Assembly: GCA_963804995.1 (NCBI GenBank)
Contig: CAWDSK010000006.1
Coordinates: forward strand, 992,001-1,056,000
Origin: an uncultured Acidobacteriota bacterium
Lineage (GTDB): Bacteria > Acidobacteriota > Terriglobia > UBA7540
Direction of reading: 5' to 3'
DNA length: 64,000 nt
In this document: piece after piece, positions 1 through 9,407 of the stretch
Layout of the letters: each line of letters starts with the position of its first letter
Position numbering within the stretch: the stretch's first letter is position 1
The notes under the pieces: generated by a model
Told to the model about the DNA's origin: nothing
Database searches by the model: none
The model's input: the letters and a program-made list of their open reading frames with translations, nothing else
Translations under genes and position numbers: made by a program

Positions 1-142
1 CCTTCACGCGTTTTGCGCCCTCTGATTTTTCATTTTGGACTCCGCCACACTGCGCACCCCTGCTTCTGAGTTGTTGCCCAATCTGTGCCCTCTGCGGATC
101 ATCCCGTCAACTCCGCAGTTTATGCAAATTAAAACCAGCGGG

Positions 143-1087
143 TTAACTCTGATGGCCAGCGACGAGTTTACGAAATTCCGGCAGGACCGCGAAAGGGGTT
201 TGGACGCTCGCGATGCTCTCACCGATTTGGCGGATTTTATCCAGCTTGTGGTGCCCGAGCAGCGCGCCGGCCTTGGCCAGATACTCGATTCGTTCCGGGG
301 CCAAGCCCATCACGCGCGCGGCAGTGGAATCGACCGCCACCGGGTCATCGCCCAGAATAAGCACTCCACTCGGCTTGGGAGTTCCCTGGATGGGGCCGTT
401 GCCCTCCATGCCGACGATGCCGTCCACGATGGCGAAATCCGGGCGCACGGTGCTGTTGATGTGGAGAATGGACGGAGTGATGCCGGCCCAGTGCAAAATG
501 TTCTTGGGCCAACCGTAACAGCATCCCGGCACGATGCCGAACATGTTCTTCAGGGAAAGCGTGGCGCCCACCCAATGATGCGTCTTAAGTTTGGGCAGCG
601 ACACGATGAAATCCGCGTCCAGGACGGTCTGGGGAAGGTAAAGCTCCCGCAATTTAGAAGCGCGCGTCGGCAGGGTGACGGCGCAAACTTCATCCAGGTT
701 CAAGTCGACGAATAGATTCGCCAGCGGACCCAGGTAATCGCGCAAGCGAATGGTTTCAACGATGGCCTCCGTATCGCGCTCATGCCCTGGTCCCTCACCC
801 ACCAGGACCGAGGCCGCCCCCATCTGCAAGAAGCATTCCCGCGCCGCACCCACCACAGCGGGATGAGTATTGATGACTCCATCCGCGTCCGGCTCAACAA
901 AATTGGGCTTGAGAAGAACTTTCTTGCCGCGCACGGGCAGGTCAAATTCTCGGAGTGCCTCACCGAGAAGTTTAGCGAGGTCACGGTTGTAGCCCTCCGC
1001 GCGCAGGATCGCCACACGGGAGGGCGGTCGTTCAAAGGGGAGCACGAGGTTGCGGGTGGTAAGGCTCATAACGATACGTTCGCTCAC
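143..1087 (-). CDS. DUF362 family protein
   Basis: Motifs VLLKPN, NTHPAVV, SLPKLKTHHW, LSLKNMFG and DGIVGMEGNGP are typical of DUF362. Start is uncertain (1087 or 1069) because it abuts the repeat array. Confidence 0.85.
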   Translation of the reverse strand: MSERIVMSLTTRNLVLPFERPPSRVAILRAEGYNRDLAKLLGEALREFDLPVRGKKVLLKPNFVEPDADGVINTHPAVVGAARECFLQMGAASVLVGEGPGHERDTEAIVETIRLRDYLGPLANLFVDLNLDEVCAVTLPTRASKLRELYLPQTVLDADFIVSLPKLKTHHWVGATLSLKNMFGIVPGCCYGWPKNILHWAGITPSILHINSTVRPDFAIVDGIVGMEGNGPIQGTPKPSGVLILGDDPVAVDSTAARVMGLAPERIEYLAKAGALLGHHKLDKIRQIGESIASVQTPFAVLPEFRKLVAGHQS

Positions 1088-1969
1088 ATGACATACGAAG
1101 AACCGCAGACCTCAACGGCGGAGGTCTGCGCTACGCCGCTCGTGGGCCGGATGGCCTGTTTCGTAACGCGGTCCCCCGCTTTTGGGGTCCGCGGTTCTTC
1201 GTTTGCCTGACCCCGAAAACTCAAACAATTCTTCACCACGATACATTCGCTCACATGACGTACGAAGAGCCGCAGACCTCAACGGCGGAGGTCTGCGCTA
1301 CGCCGCTCGTGGCCCGGATGGCCTGTTTCGTAACGCGGTCCCCCGCTTTTGGGGTGCCCGGTTCTTCGTTTGCCTAACCCCGAAAACTCAAACATCTCTT
1401 CACCACGATACATTCACTCACATGACTCAGGAAGAGCCGCAGACCTCAACGGCGGAGGTCTGCGCTACGCCGCTCGTGGGCCGGATGGCCTGTTTCGTAA
1501 CGCGGTCCCCCGCTTTTGGGGTCCGCGGTTCTTCGTTTGCCTGACCCCGAAAACTCAAACAATTCTTCACCATGATACTTTCGCTCACATGACATACGAA
1601 GAGCCGCAGACCTCAACGGCGGAGGTCTGCGCTACGCCGCTTGTGGCCCGGACGGCCTGTTTCGTAGCGCGGTCCCCCGCTTTTGGGGTCCGCGGTTCTT
1701 CGTTTGCCTAACCCCGAAAACTCAAACAATTCTTCACCACGATATTTTCGCTCATATGACTCAGGAAGAGCCGCAGACCTCAACGGCGGAGGTCTGCGCT
1801 ACGCCGCTCGTGGCCCGGATGGCCTGTTTTGTAGCGCGGTCCCCCGCTTTTGGGGTCCGCGGTTCTTCGTTTGCCTAACCCCGAAAACTCAAACAATTCT
1901 TCACCATGATACTTTCGTTCACATGACTCAGGAAGAGCCGCAGACCTCAACGACGGAGGTCTGCGCTAC
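1071..1969. repeat. Tandem array of about 5.4 x 167-bp units, each a doublet of inverted GTAG-type REP hairpins (BIME/REPIN-like)
   Basis: CCGCAGACCTCAACGGCGGAGGTCTGCGCTAC starts at 1103, 1270, 1437, 1604, 1771 and 1938 (exact 167-bp period). A second hairpin GTA(A/G)CGCGGTCCCCCGCTTTTGGGGTCCGCGG lies in the opposite orientation in each full unit. Confidence 0.95.
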
Positions 1970-2925
1970 GAAACATTTTGTTTGCCGCCCCGGAGGGCAA
2001 TAGTAATCCACGCAACCGTCAGCACACTTTCAAAGAACCGGTTCTGCGCGTAAAGTTCATTGAGAGCGGGCGCAAGGGGAGGCGCCTCGCGTCCATAAGC
2101 CGTCAAACAACGGTGCGCCAAGGCGAGCGACGCTGCCCCGCGAATCCGCCGGTATTCGCGCTCGAGCCAGTCAAGGCTCATTTGATTCTCCGCGCGCTCA
2201 GCCGCATCAATCAACGCCAGCAACGCCCAAGCCGTCGGGCCCACCCGAGGCACGCCAGCCACGCCATAGACCAGCGGGTTTCCGCTATTCCACCCGCCTC
2301 CGGGGCACATGCGATCATAAAGCATCCGCTCCGCCAGCCGCCGACGTTTTACCGCCACGGGAGGAAGCATCTCCGCCGGCAAGTTGCGCAGCAGCAGGAG
2401 AGCGTACGCAGTAGGTTCAACCCAGCTTGCCGTGCCGGGAGTCCAGCTCCAGCCACGCAGCGAAGTGTCCTGACGGACCACACTCGACCGCCCCAGCGCC
2501 TGGTGGAGTCGCCACCAAAGGCCACCTTCAGCCGGCCAGGCCTTCAGGACCCAACCGAGTCCGCGCCCCACTGCTTCTGGCAGACTGCCGTGAGAATGCA
2601 GCGCCAACGACGCGAGCGAAGTGGTCCAGCACCCTTGCCGCTGGCCGGGAAAGGCAGGCCAGGAGCCATCGGGCAGTTGGGCGCGTAGAAGCCAGTCACA
2701 GGCCCGGTCACAGGGTTCTTTAGCAGGTAACGAAGTAAGCGCCAGGAGGGCCCAGGACGTGGCTTCCACGCTGCTCGGAGAGGTAGGGTGATAGCCCCAT
2801 CCGCCGTCGGGGTTTTGGTGGGTGATGAGGAAATGCTTCGAAGCGGTGTCCGTGATTGGGGCGGAAGTCAAACCTTCCTGACGCGCCTCCGACCCCCCAT
2901 TTTCTGCGGACAACATACGGTCCAA
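1966..2925 (-). CDS. Prenyltransferase/squalene-cyclase repeat (alpha-alpha toroid) protein
   Basis: QW-type repeats QNPDGGWG, QLPDGSWP and DRMCPGGGWNSGN; adjacent to the DUF362 gene. Confidence 0.75.
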   Translation of the reverse strand: MDRMLSAENGGSEARQEGLTSAPITDTASKHFLITHQNPDGGWGYHPTSPSSVEATSWALLALTSLPAKEPCDRACDWLLRAQLPDGSWPAFPGQRQGCWTTSLASLALHSHGSLPEAVGRGLGWVLKAWPAEGGLWWRLHQALGRSSVVRQDTSLRGWSWTPGTASWVEPTAYALLLLRNLPAEMLPPVAVKRRRLAERMLYDRMCPGGGWNSGNPLVYGVAGVPRVGPTAWALLALIDAAERAENQMSLDWLEREYRRIRGAASLALAHRCLTAYGREAPPLAPALNELYAQNRFFESVLTVAWITIALRGGKQNVS

Positions 2926-2968
2926 TCGTTAGGTCGGGTTCTACATGATAATGTTTTGCGCATGAAGT

Positions 2969-3001
2969 GCCGCGGACCTCAACAGCGGAGGTCCGCGCTA
3001 C
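2969..3001 (-). repeat. Single GTAG-type REP hairpin
   Basis: GCCGCGGACCTCAACAGCGGAGGTCCGCGCTAC is a close variant of the array hairpin. Confidence 0.8.
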
Positions 3002-3056
3002 GCTCGCTGTCATCCGCAGGGTGTGCCTCGCCGCCGGCGCCCCGCCAGGTCCAGCC

Positions 3057-3584
3057 TTACTGCGCAATTACCATCGTTGAGGTGCTGTTAATGTTGAACG
3101 TCGATACGGGCAGAAAAGCGAACATAAATTTGAAAGCATAGGTCAACTGCACCTGGACCGGGCATCCGGGGCTCTTGGCTATGCACGTATTGCCGAAAGG
3201 CGACGTGGTAAGCCAAGTTGTATTCACCGTCAGGGAACTTGTATTGATTCCGGGCGGCGTAATGCTGTACACGTAGTTCTGAACGTCCCCTGCTGCGGCC
3301 TTGCAGTCGAAACTTGTCGCCCAGGGCGAGCTGCAAGTGGCCGTCCAAGTTGACCCTCTGACCGACGCCCAACGGGCCCCCTCACGCGCGGCGTTGGACA
3401 GGTGGTGATAGGTATAAAGAAAGCGCGAGAAATCCATAATCCCGAACAGGAAGGTCAGAAATAACACCAGCACGAAGGCAAACTCCACGAGCGTCGCGCC
3501 CTCGCGGCCGCGGGCGCCTCTCATCCCTCTCCTAAGCCAAGCCCATCGCCCTGTGGGCGGTCGTTCCATTACTTTCCTCCCCAA
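3057..3584 (-). CDS. TadE-like pseudopilin
   Basis: Prepilin-like EGATLVEFAFVL, hydrophobic helix, AAREGARWA motif. Confidence 0.85.
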   Translation of the reverse strand: MGRKVMERPPTGRWAWLRRGMRGARGREGATLVEFAFVLVLFLTFLFGIMDFSRFLYTYHHLSNAAREGARWASVRGSTWTATCSSPWATSFDCKAAAGDVQNYVYSITPPGINTSSLTVNTTWLTTSPFGNTCIAKSPGCPVQVQLTYAFKFMFAFLPVSTFNINSTSTMVIAQ

Positions 3585-4106
3585 CTATTGTGTCGCGCGC
3601 ATCTTCGCACTGCCGGTCAGGGCAAAGCTTGAAGGAATACCCGGCCAGTGAAACATAGTATTGTAGGTGTACGAGGTCGTCACTTTCACGTAGCTCACCA
3701 CGGTGGCGCCACCGGTGCAGGTCGGTTGGGTTGCACAACTCGCCGACGCTGTTCCGGAAAGATCAGAACATTCACACCCGTAAGTCGCCACGGGGCTCAC
3801 CCCCGCGGATATGTCATGCGCATCATTGTTGGCCGCAGTGGTCATCCCGGTTGTGTCGCTGGGGTATTGCGTGCCGTACTCGGCGCCGGCATAGGCGGCG
3901 TTTGTGACCTCAATGCTCAGGTAATAAGCGCGACCAAAGTCGATGACCCCCAAGAGCAAAAATGAGAGGAGCGGCAGCAGGAAGGCCAACTCCACCAAGC
4001 TCGATCCGCGTTCCGTCCCGGTCAGGGCAATTAGCGGGGCCACAACCCGTCCGCCTAATCGAGACAGCAACCCACGTTTTAAGGGCATTTTCTCGGACAT
4101 GCTCAC
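3585..4106 (-). CDS. TadE/TadF-like pseudopilin
   Basis: RGSSLVELAFLLP...GVIDFGRA...NAAYAGAEY. Confidence 0.85.
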   Translation of the reverse strand: MSMSEKMPLKRGLLSRLGGRVVAPLIALTGTERGSSLVELAFLLPLLSFLLLGVIDFGRAYYLSIEVTNAAYAGAEYGTQYPSDTTGMTTAANNDAHDISAGVSPVATYGCECSDLSGTASASCATQPTCTGGATVVSYVKVTTSYTYNTMFHWPGIPSSFALTGSAKMRATQ

Positions 4107-5377
4107 TCCCCCAGCGAGACGATCTTCACGGGTGACGCTCCAGCGGAGGGGGCACCGTATGTACCATTTCCGGGCAAACTGACAGAGTCTGCGAGAAGAA
4201 TGGTGTATGTAGCGCTCTTGTTATAGTTGACCGTTGTCCCACCTATCGTCAAGTTCGCGCCTGGAAAGTAGAGGGCCCCCGTGAAATAAGAGGCGTCCGC
4301 ACCTCCGAATGTCGCATCATTGGTGTTACTTGAGGGCTGCCAGAACAAAATCCCATAAAGAGAATTACTTTTGTCCGTGGGGGCCGCGAACTGGACTGTG
4401 CCACTTGTGACTCCACCCTCAATACTAACCGTCCCTCCGGAAACGTAAAACGTAACACCCGTGCCGCTCGCGGTGGTGGATGCACCTGAAATCGTGATGC
4501 CATTCTTGAGATAATATGTGCCGGCCGCAAAATTCGCGGTTCCACTCGTGATCGAAAGTGTGCTGGAATAGAGGCCTGCCGTACACGAGGTGGTAGAACC
4601 AACGGTAGTACAGGCCCCGGCAGAGGGGAGTGATGGGGCCGTCAAATACGCCAACGGGTCGGGGACCGGCGGCGAATTGTCTACCTCCGAATCCGTGAAG
4701 AAACAAGAGCCCGTAGTGTGCGATGCACCAAATTTAATGGCTTCGAAAGTCACCACTTTGGGCCCTTTAGTACAATGCACGGCATTAGGGAAATTGGAGT
4801 TCACAATTACTGTACAATTAGGGAAGTCCACCTCACTGGCGCTGATATCCAATGTCTTATGGCCATTCAGAGAGAGAGCATATAGGCAGTCGGTAGTATT
4901 TGCTAATCCCGCTTCCCCGCGAGCGCTGATTGTGAGCGACTGGAAGCCGAGAACTTTGGCAAAATTTGTCGATACTTTTTGGGCAACGATGGCCTCGACA
5001 TAGTTCGCGTCACCGTTGTGCGGATCGGTGAATCCCAGCGTTGCCCCGCAACTTGGCCCATTCTTGACGGTAAGGTTCGTCGCGCCCAAGGTCGGAGCAG
5101 GGGTGCAACTGGTGTCCGCGGTGGGACTGGTAATCCCATTCTCAACCAAAGCCTTGGTGGCGGCAGTGGTGAGAGTCGAACAATCTGCTGTACCCGCGCA
5201 GGCCTGGATCTCCTTCGCTCCCGCTATGGCCGCGGCATCCGCCAAAATCTGCATCTGTCGCTGCACGTAACGCATGTACCCGAGATCAATCCCCAGGCCC
5301 AAAAAACCCAAGAGAACAAACAGGCTGACAGCGACTAGTATCAGCGCCTGGCCCGTGTCACTTTTGCGCCTGTCCAT
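4103..5377 (-). CDS. TadG-like pilus assembly protein
   Basis: GQALILVAV...LGLGIDLG...QILADAAAIAGA N-terminal Tad motif followed by a Gly/Thr-rich beta region. ATG at 5377 preferred over the ORF start at 5500. Confidence 0.8.
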   Translation of the reverse strand: MDRRKSDTGQALILVAVSLFVLLGFLGLGIDLGYMRYVQRQMQILADAAAIAGAKEIQACAGTADCSTLTTAATKALVENGITSPTADTSCTPAPTLGATNLTVKNGPSCGATLGFTDPHNGDANYVEAIVAQKVSTNFAKVLGFQSLTISARGEAGLANTTDCLYALSLNGHKTLDISASEVDFPNCTVIVNSNFPNAVHCTKGPKVVTFEAIKFGASHTTGSCFFTDSEVDNSPPVPDPLAYLTAPSLPSAGACTTVGSTTSCTAGLYSSTLSITSGTANFAAGTYYLKNGITISGASTTASGTGVTFYVSGGTVSIEGGVTSGTVQFAAPTDKSNSLYGILFWQPSSNTNDATFGGADASYFTGALYFPGANLTIGGTTVNYNKSATYTILLADSVSLPGNGTYGAPSAGASPVKIVSLGE

Positions 5378-5589
5378 TTTATTCACCCTCGTTGCTGCAA
5401 TATATTCCCTGACCTTCCTCATATTATACAACAGGTCGAATTGTCTGCCAACAGGTTTGAGCGTTAGTGCTTGTGTGGTGTCCCGGTTAATATTTGACAA
5501 GGCTGTCCGACCCCCTCACCCCCCAGCCCCTCTGTCGCCGCGGCGACCGAGGGGAGAGTTGAACTTACTCCCTCGGTCGCCGCGGCGAC

Positions 5590-5646
5590 AGAGGGTGGCC
5601 CGCCGCCGGCGTTTTCATCAGCCGGGGCGGGACGGGTGAGGGGGTT
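5590..5646 (+). repeat. Dispersed palindromic repeat (CCCTCTCC..GAGAGGG...GGGTGAGGGG family), copy 1
   Basis: Near-identical to copies at 6690-6761, 51413-51480 (inverted) and 52139-52211. Confidence 0.8.
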
Positions 5647-5766
5647 GCCCTGGAACCCATTGAGACTTTATCAGCGAACTTCTGACTCAGGACGATAACC
5701 AAAAGTGTACACTCTACGCAGTTTGATCGTTCGTTACGGGACTCGTGGGGCTTGAAATTCCTTATT

Positions 5767-6234
5767 TCACCGGTCGTCCTTCTCGTGCTCCGGTGCGCAG
5801 TCTGGACAGAAACGCCCCCCACTAAAGATTTGCTTTCCGCACGCCATGCAGACCCACGATCGCGCACCCTGCGTGGGCGTCAGTTTGCGGAGGCCGGCTT
5901 GTGCCTGCGGAGAATCAATCGGGACGATGCGCTTGCTCCCACAGCGCGCGCATCCTTGATAGCGGCCCGACAGTCTCCAGAGGGAATAGAAAGCACCCGG
6001 AAGGAGAAAGAGGAGCCATGCCCCAAGTTCCGTATGGAATGTTTCCGGCCTGAAGCGCTCCAAAAGGGTCGCGACGGAATAGTTACCTCCCAGAGACTGA
6101 ACCGCCAGACTCCAAGCCAAAAAGATAACTACCGGAATGAGAAAAAGGAGCCATAGCGCAACTTCCATTCGGAATGTGCCCGGCATCTGCCCTTTTGGCG
6201 TCCCCGCCGAGTCACAATCAAGGCAGTAGTTCAT
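5767..6234 (-). CDS. Hypothetical membrane protein with CxxC zinc-ribbon motifs
   Basis: AAGGAGG RBS before ATG 6234; two hydrophobic helices; CLDC, CARC, CMAC and CPDC. Confidence 0.65.
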   Translation of the reverse strand: MNYCLDCDSAGTPKGQMPGTFRMEVALWLLFLIPVVIFLAWSLAVQSLGGNYSVATLLERFRPETFHTELGAWLLFLLPGAFYSLWRLSGRYQGCARCGSKRIVPIDSPQAQAGLRKLTPTQGARSWVCMACGKQIFSGGRFCPDCAPEHEKDDR

Positions 6235-6379
6235 AGGCCTTTGCCTCCTTGCTCCAACGGAAAAGACAGAGTTGCACTGCACAGACTCAAAGCGTAATAC
6301 CAGAATACCAGAAAGTTCGAAGAAACGCTTGTTTTGTCTTGTCGTGGTAGTGACGCATTTTGAGGCGCCACGGGCGGGA

Positions 6380-6519
6380 GAAGCTGTGAAGAAATCCCTG
6401 AACGAACAAAAGCATCTCGCGCAGAGACGCAGAGGCGCAGAGAAAACAAATCAGTTATTTACTTAAAATCTCTGCGTCTCAGCGGCTCTGCGCGAGATTA
6501 CCTATTTTTTCACAGCTTC
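6380..6519. mobile_element. MITE-like element with 16-bp imperfect TIRs and an internal hairpin
   Basis: GAAGCTGTGAAGAAAT (6380) and ATTTTTTCACAGCTTC (ends 6519) match 15/16 as inverted repeats. Internal IR TCTCGCGCAGAG...CTCTGCGCGAGA. Confidence 0.55.
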
Positions 6520-6689
6520 GGACGCCTTTACGCACAGTGCTGAGCTAATGGTTTTTGAATTTATAAGTTGTAAATTGTTCCGACGCCCCGCGCGTGTGAG
6601 TAACCCCTCATCCGTCCTCCTACGTCGGCCACCTTCTCCCGCCACGGCGGATCTGCGACCCCTGGGAGAAGGCTGGGATTTACGGTGCC

Positions 6690-6761
6690 TAGCCCTCTCC
6701 GAGGGGAGAGGGTGGACCGCCGCCGGCGTTCTCACCAGCCGGGGCGGGACGGGTGAGGGGT
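6690..6761 (+). repeat. Dispersed palindromic repeat (CCCTCTCC family), copy 2
   Basis: TAGCCCTCTCCGAGGGGAGAGGGTGGACCGCCGCCGGCG...GGGTGAGGGGT. Confidence 0.85.
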
Positions 6762-6782
6762 CTCGTGGGCGCTTGAGAGTTC

Positions 6783-8604
6783 TCAATAGCTCCCCGGGAC
6801 GAGGGCGGGAATACCCACCAGAATTTCCACGGCCACCGGCTTCCCCGACTGGAGAGCCGGACGAAATTTCCAGCGGGCAAAAGCCGCCATGGCTGCTTCG
6901 TTAAAGGTCGGCTCCACACTTTGGATAACCTCGAGATCACTTACCGTGCCATCCTCATGAATCATTCCATGCAGGACAACCATCGTATAGGCAGGGTCAG
7001 TGGTAAGGGGCGGGCGGTGAAAATCAAACTGGCCCACCGCGTCCGGGGGTGTGAGTGGCGGTTGCATATGAACATCAACCACCCGGGAAGCGGGCGCGGG
7101 CTTTGGGGTTTCGTCGTGAGCACAGAATTGTAAGATCCAGCTCTTGCCCGGCATGGTCAAGTAGACCGTATAAACCTTCCCCCCATGCAGCACGCCGTAG
7201 ATTCGCAGTCCGCCACCACCCCCCGCCCCACTGCTCACTACAAAGCCAGTCGCCCGGGCCTTCAGAATCCGCGGGATTCACGGGATAGACTAAGGACTGG
7301 ACGTCAAGAGGTGGAAGGGTTCCCCCCGCCGCGCCTCCTGGCCCGCCCGTAAGATTGGTAACGCTAAGCGACCCTGCGGGGGTGACCGAACCTGGGGCTC
7401 CTCCGCCCCCTGCCCCACCCTTACCGACGGCCACACTCTTATCGCCGCCCAAGCCCGGCCCACCTTTGCCGGCGCCCAGTTCGCCTCCTGGGACGCCACC
7501 CGGTGATCCCGGCCCGCCCCCTGCCGGTCCAATTGCGAACGCCCCCTCAGCATTGCCGGCCGGGATGGAGGGCATATCCTTCAAAGGAATCGGATCAATG
7601 CTCAGGGTGGTCAACTGCGCGGTTCCCGGATGCTTTTCGCCGTCCGGCGAGGCGGCGTTCGCAGTGTTGGTTTCAGGCGTGGGTGCGGCAGAGACAGGAA
7701 CTTCCGGCCCAGGAGGCGTGGCATTCTTTGCGGGTGGAGGAGACGGACCGGCCTGGACCTCAAGATGCGGCGCAGGAATGGGAGGAAGCTTGGAAGCCAA
7801 ATCGAGCTCCGTCAGTGGTACGAGGTCAGGCGGAAGCACCAGCTTGGGTTTCAGGGCCGCCGTGGGCGGTTCAGCGTGCGGAGCCGGCGGTGCGGGTTTG
7901 GGAAGCTTGGGAGGCGCCGGCGGGGGTTGCGGTAACGGCGTCAAGCTTCCTAAAATCAGATTGGGAACGCGCAGGTCCTTGGGAAGTTTCAAGGTCGGTG
8001 GGACAGCCGGATTATGAACGGTGAAGCGGAGATTGTCAGGATGCGCGGGATTGGAGATGATCGAGACGCGCGGATCGAAATGAGTGACGCCTAGCCTAGG
8101 CTTGGCCTCAGGCTTCTCTCCTTGCCCGGGAGCCCCTCCCAGATCGGGTGGACGCAGGTCGGGAAGGCGGGGCGGAAGGGACAACCCGTGAAATTCGATC
8201 GCGACCACGTTCATGTGTGTATTCTTGACTTCCTGAGGCGGCAGGAACCGGTGGAAAAGATCACTAAAAGGTACGCTGTAGCAGAAGTAGACAACGGAGA
8301 TATGAAACAGGAGTGAGGTCAGGTGGGCAGGCGTCGAGCGGCGGGTCTTGGGCCAGGTGGCGCCTTCCCGCAGCAGGACGGGGCAGGCAGGTGGGTCAAC
8401 TTCCCAGAACTCGGACCAAGCCTCCGCGAACGATCTGTGGCCGTACCTGCCAGAAAGAAGCCGGGAATGCTCCGGTAGCAAATCCACACTGATCGTGACG
8501 CCGTGGCGAGTGACCACAGCCGCAGGTTTGGCGGACCCGCCGTCACTTCCATCCGGCCTCGGGTTAGGCTTATCGATCCCCGTCGGGCTGGAAGGATCAC
8601 TCAC
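6783..8604 (-). CDS. Pro-rich TonB-family energy transducer; single frameshift near 7272
   Basis: N-terminal TM helix (LTSLLFHISVV), Pro-rich linker, C-terminal TonB_C-like FNEAAMAAFARWKFRPA..GKPV in ORF 6783-7238. Removing one base in AATCCCGCGG joins the two frames (VNPRILKARATGFVVSS). Confidence 0.75.
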
Positions 8605-9131
8605 TTCTTCTTTCCCAGGCGCAGAACCAGGCCCGCCGAAAGGCGAATGTTATCCTGACGAGTGTTGCTGAAACGGGTCATGAGGTAATCCGCCTGGATC
8701 AAGCGCAAGGCCACGCGGTCATTGATCCGCAAATCCACCCCACCACCCGTGTACACCCCGAAGCGTTCTTCCGGCTTTGATATGTTGAGGTATTCAGGCC
8801 CTCCCCGCACGACTCCGAGCAAGACATGGCCGAACGGAACGATGCTCTTGTTCTTACGGTATGAGAACACCGGGCCGTACGTCAAGGTTTGCATGTTGGT
8901 TTTGAATCCAGCCTCAGTCCCGAAATGGTAGCTGAAATCGACCGCGCCGCCGAACCAGGAGTTGAGGTTCTCGGCGGCTGAAACAGCCACTCCGTTCAAG
9001 TTGAAGCTGGTGTTATTCAGATTCGCTGTCAGGTTCGAGTATCCGCCAAAAACTTCGACCCTGGGTGTCTCTTGCGCCCAAGCAGAAATCGTCAGCATCA
9101 ACAGCGGCAACAAGATCAGAGCCCTTCGCAT
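8601..9131 (-). CDS. Outer-membrane beta-barrel protein (OmpA-TM/porin-like)
   Basis: Signal peptide, EVFGGYS start, amphipathic strands, GGGVDL...DY...NIRLSAGLVLRL C-terminus. Confidence 0.8.
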   Translation of the reverse strand: MRRALILLPLLMLTISAWAQETPRVEVFGGYSNLTANLNNTSFNLNGVAVSAAENLNSWFGGAVDFSYHFGTEAGFKTNMQTLTYGPVFSYRKNKSIVPFGHVLLGVVRGGPEYLNISKPEERFGVYTGGGVDLRINDRVALRLIQADYLMTRFSNTRQDNIRLSAGLVLRLGKKK

Positions 9132-9310
9132 GTAGCCTCCCCCTCATGGGCGGAATTGAACGGGGCGCCAGTCTCTCCTAAAGACACTGGAACCCGTCGT
9201 GTGAAACCTCGGGGTGAACCCCACCTTCGAGCAGCCTAAGGTGGGACTGTCACTATCTCACCACTGGCCGCCAATTTTCGGCTCACCCTTGGAACCGTAG
9301 TGCCAAATTC

Positions 9311-9401
9311 GGTGCTGTCCTAATCTGAAATGTAGCGCCGGCTTCCAGCCGGCATTGAGCCCCGATGAATCGGGGCGCTACGTTCAAATTAGGACAGCAC
9401 C
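9311..9401. mobile_element. 91-bp MITE with 14-bp perfect TIRs and 8-bp target duplication, enclosing a GTAG REP doublet
   Basis: TIRs GGTGCTGTCCTAAT / ATTAGGACAGCACC; CCAAATTC at both 9303-9310 and 9402-9409; internal GTAGCGCC...GGCGCTAC. Confidence 0.8.
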
Positions 9402-9407
9402 CCAAAT

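Noticed and set aside
1071..1969. CRISPR array
   Set aside because: The whole 167-bp unit repeats, so there are no unique spacers, and there are no cas genes in the window.
782..2003. Repetitive ORFs 782-1210, 1182-1544, 1349-1711 and 1683-2003
   Set aside because: Translations of the non-coding tandem array in shifting frames.
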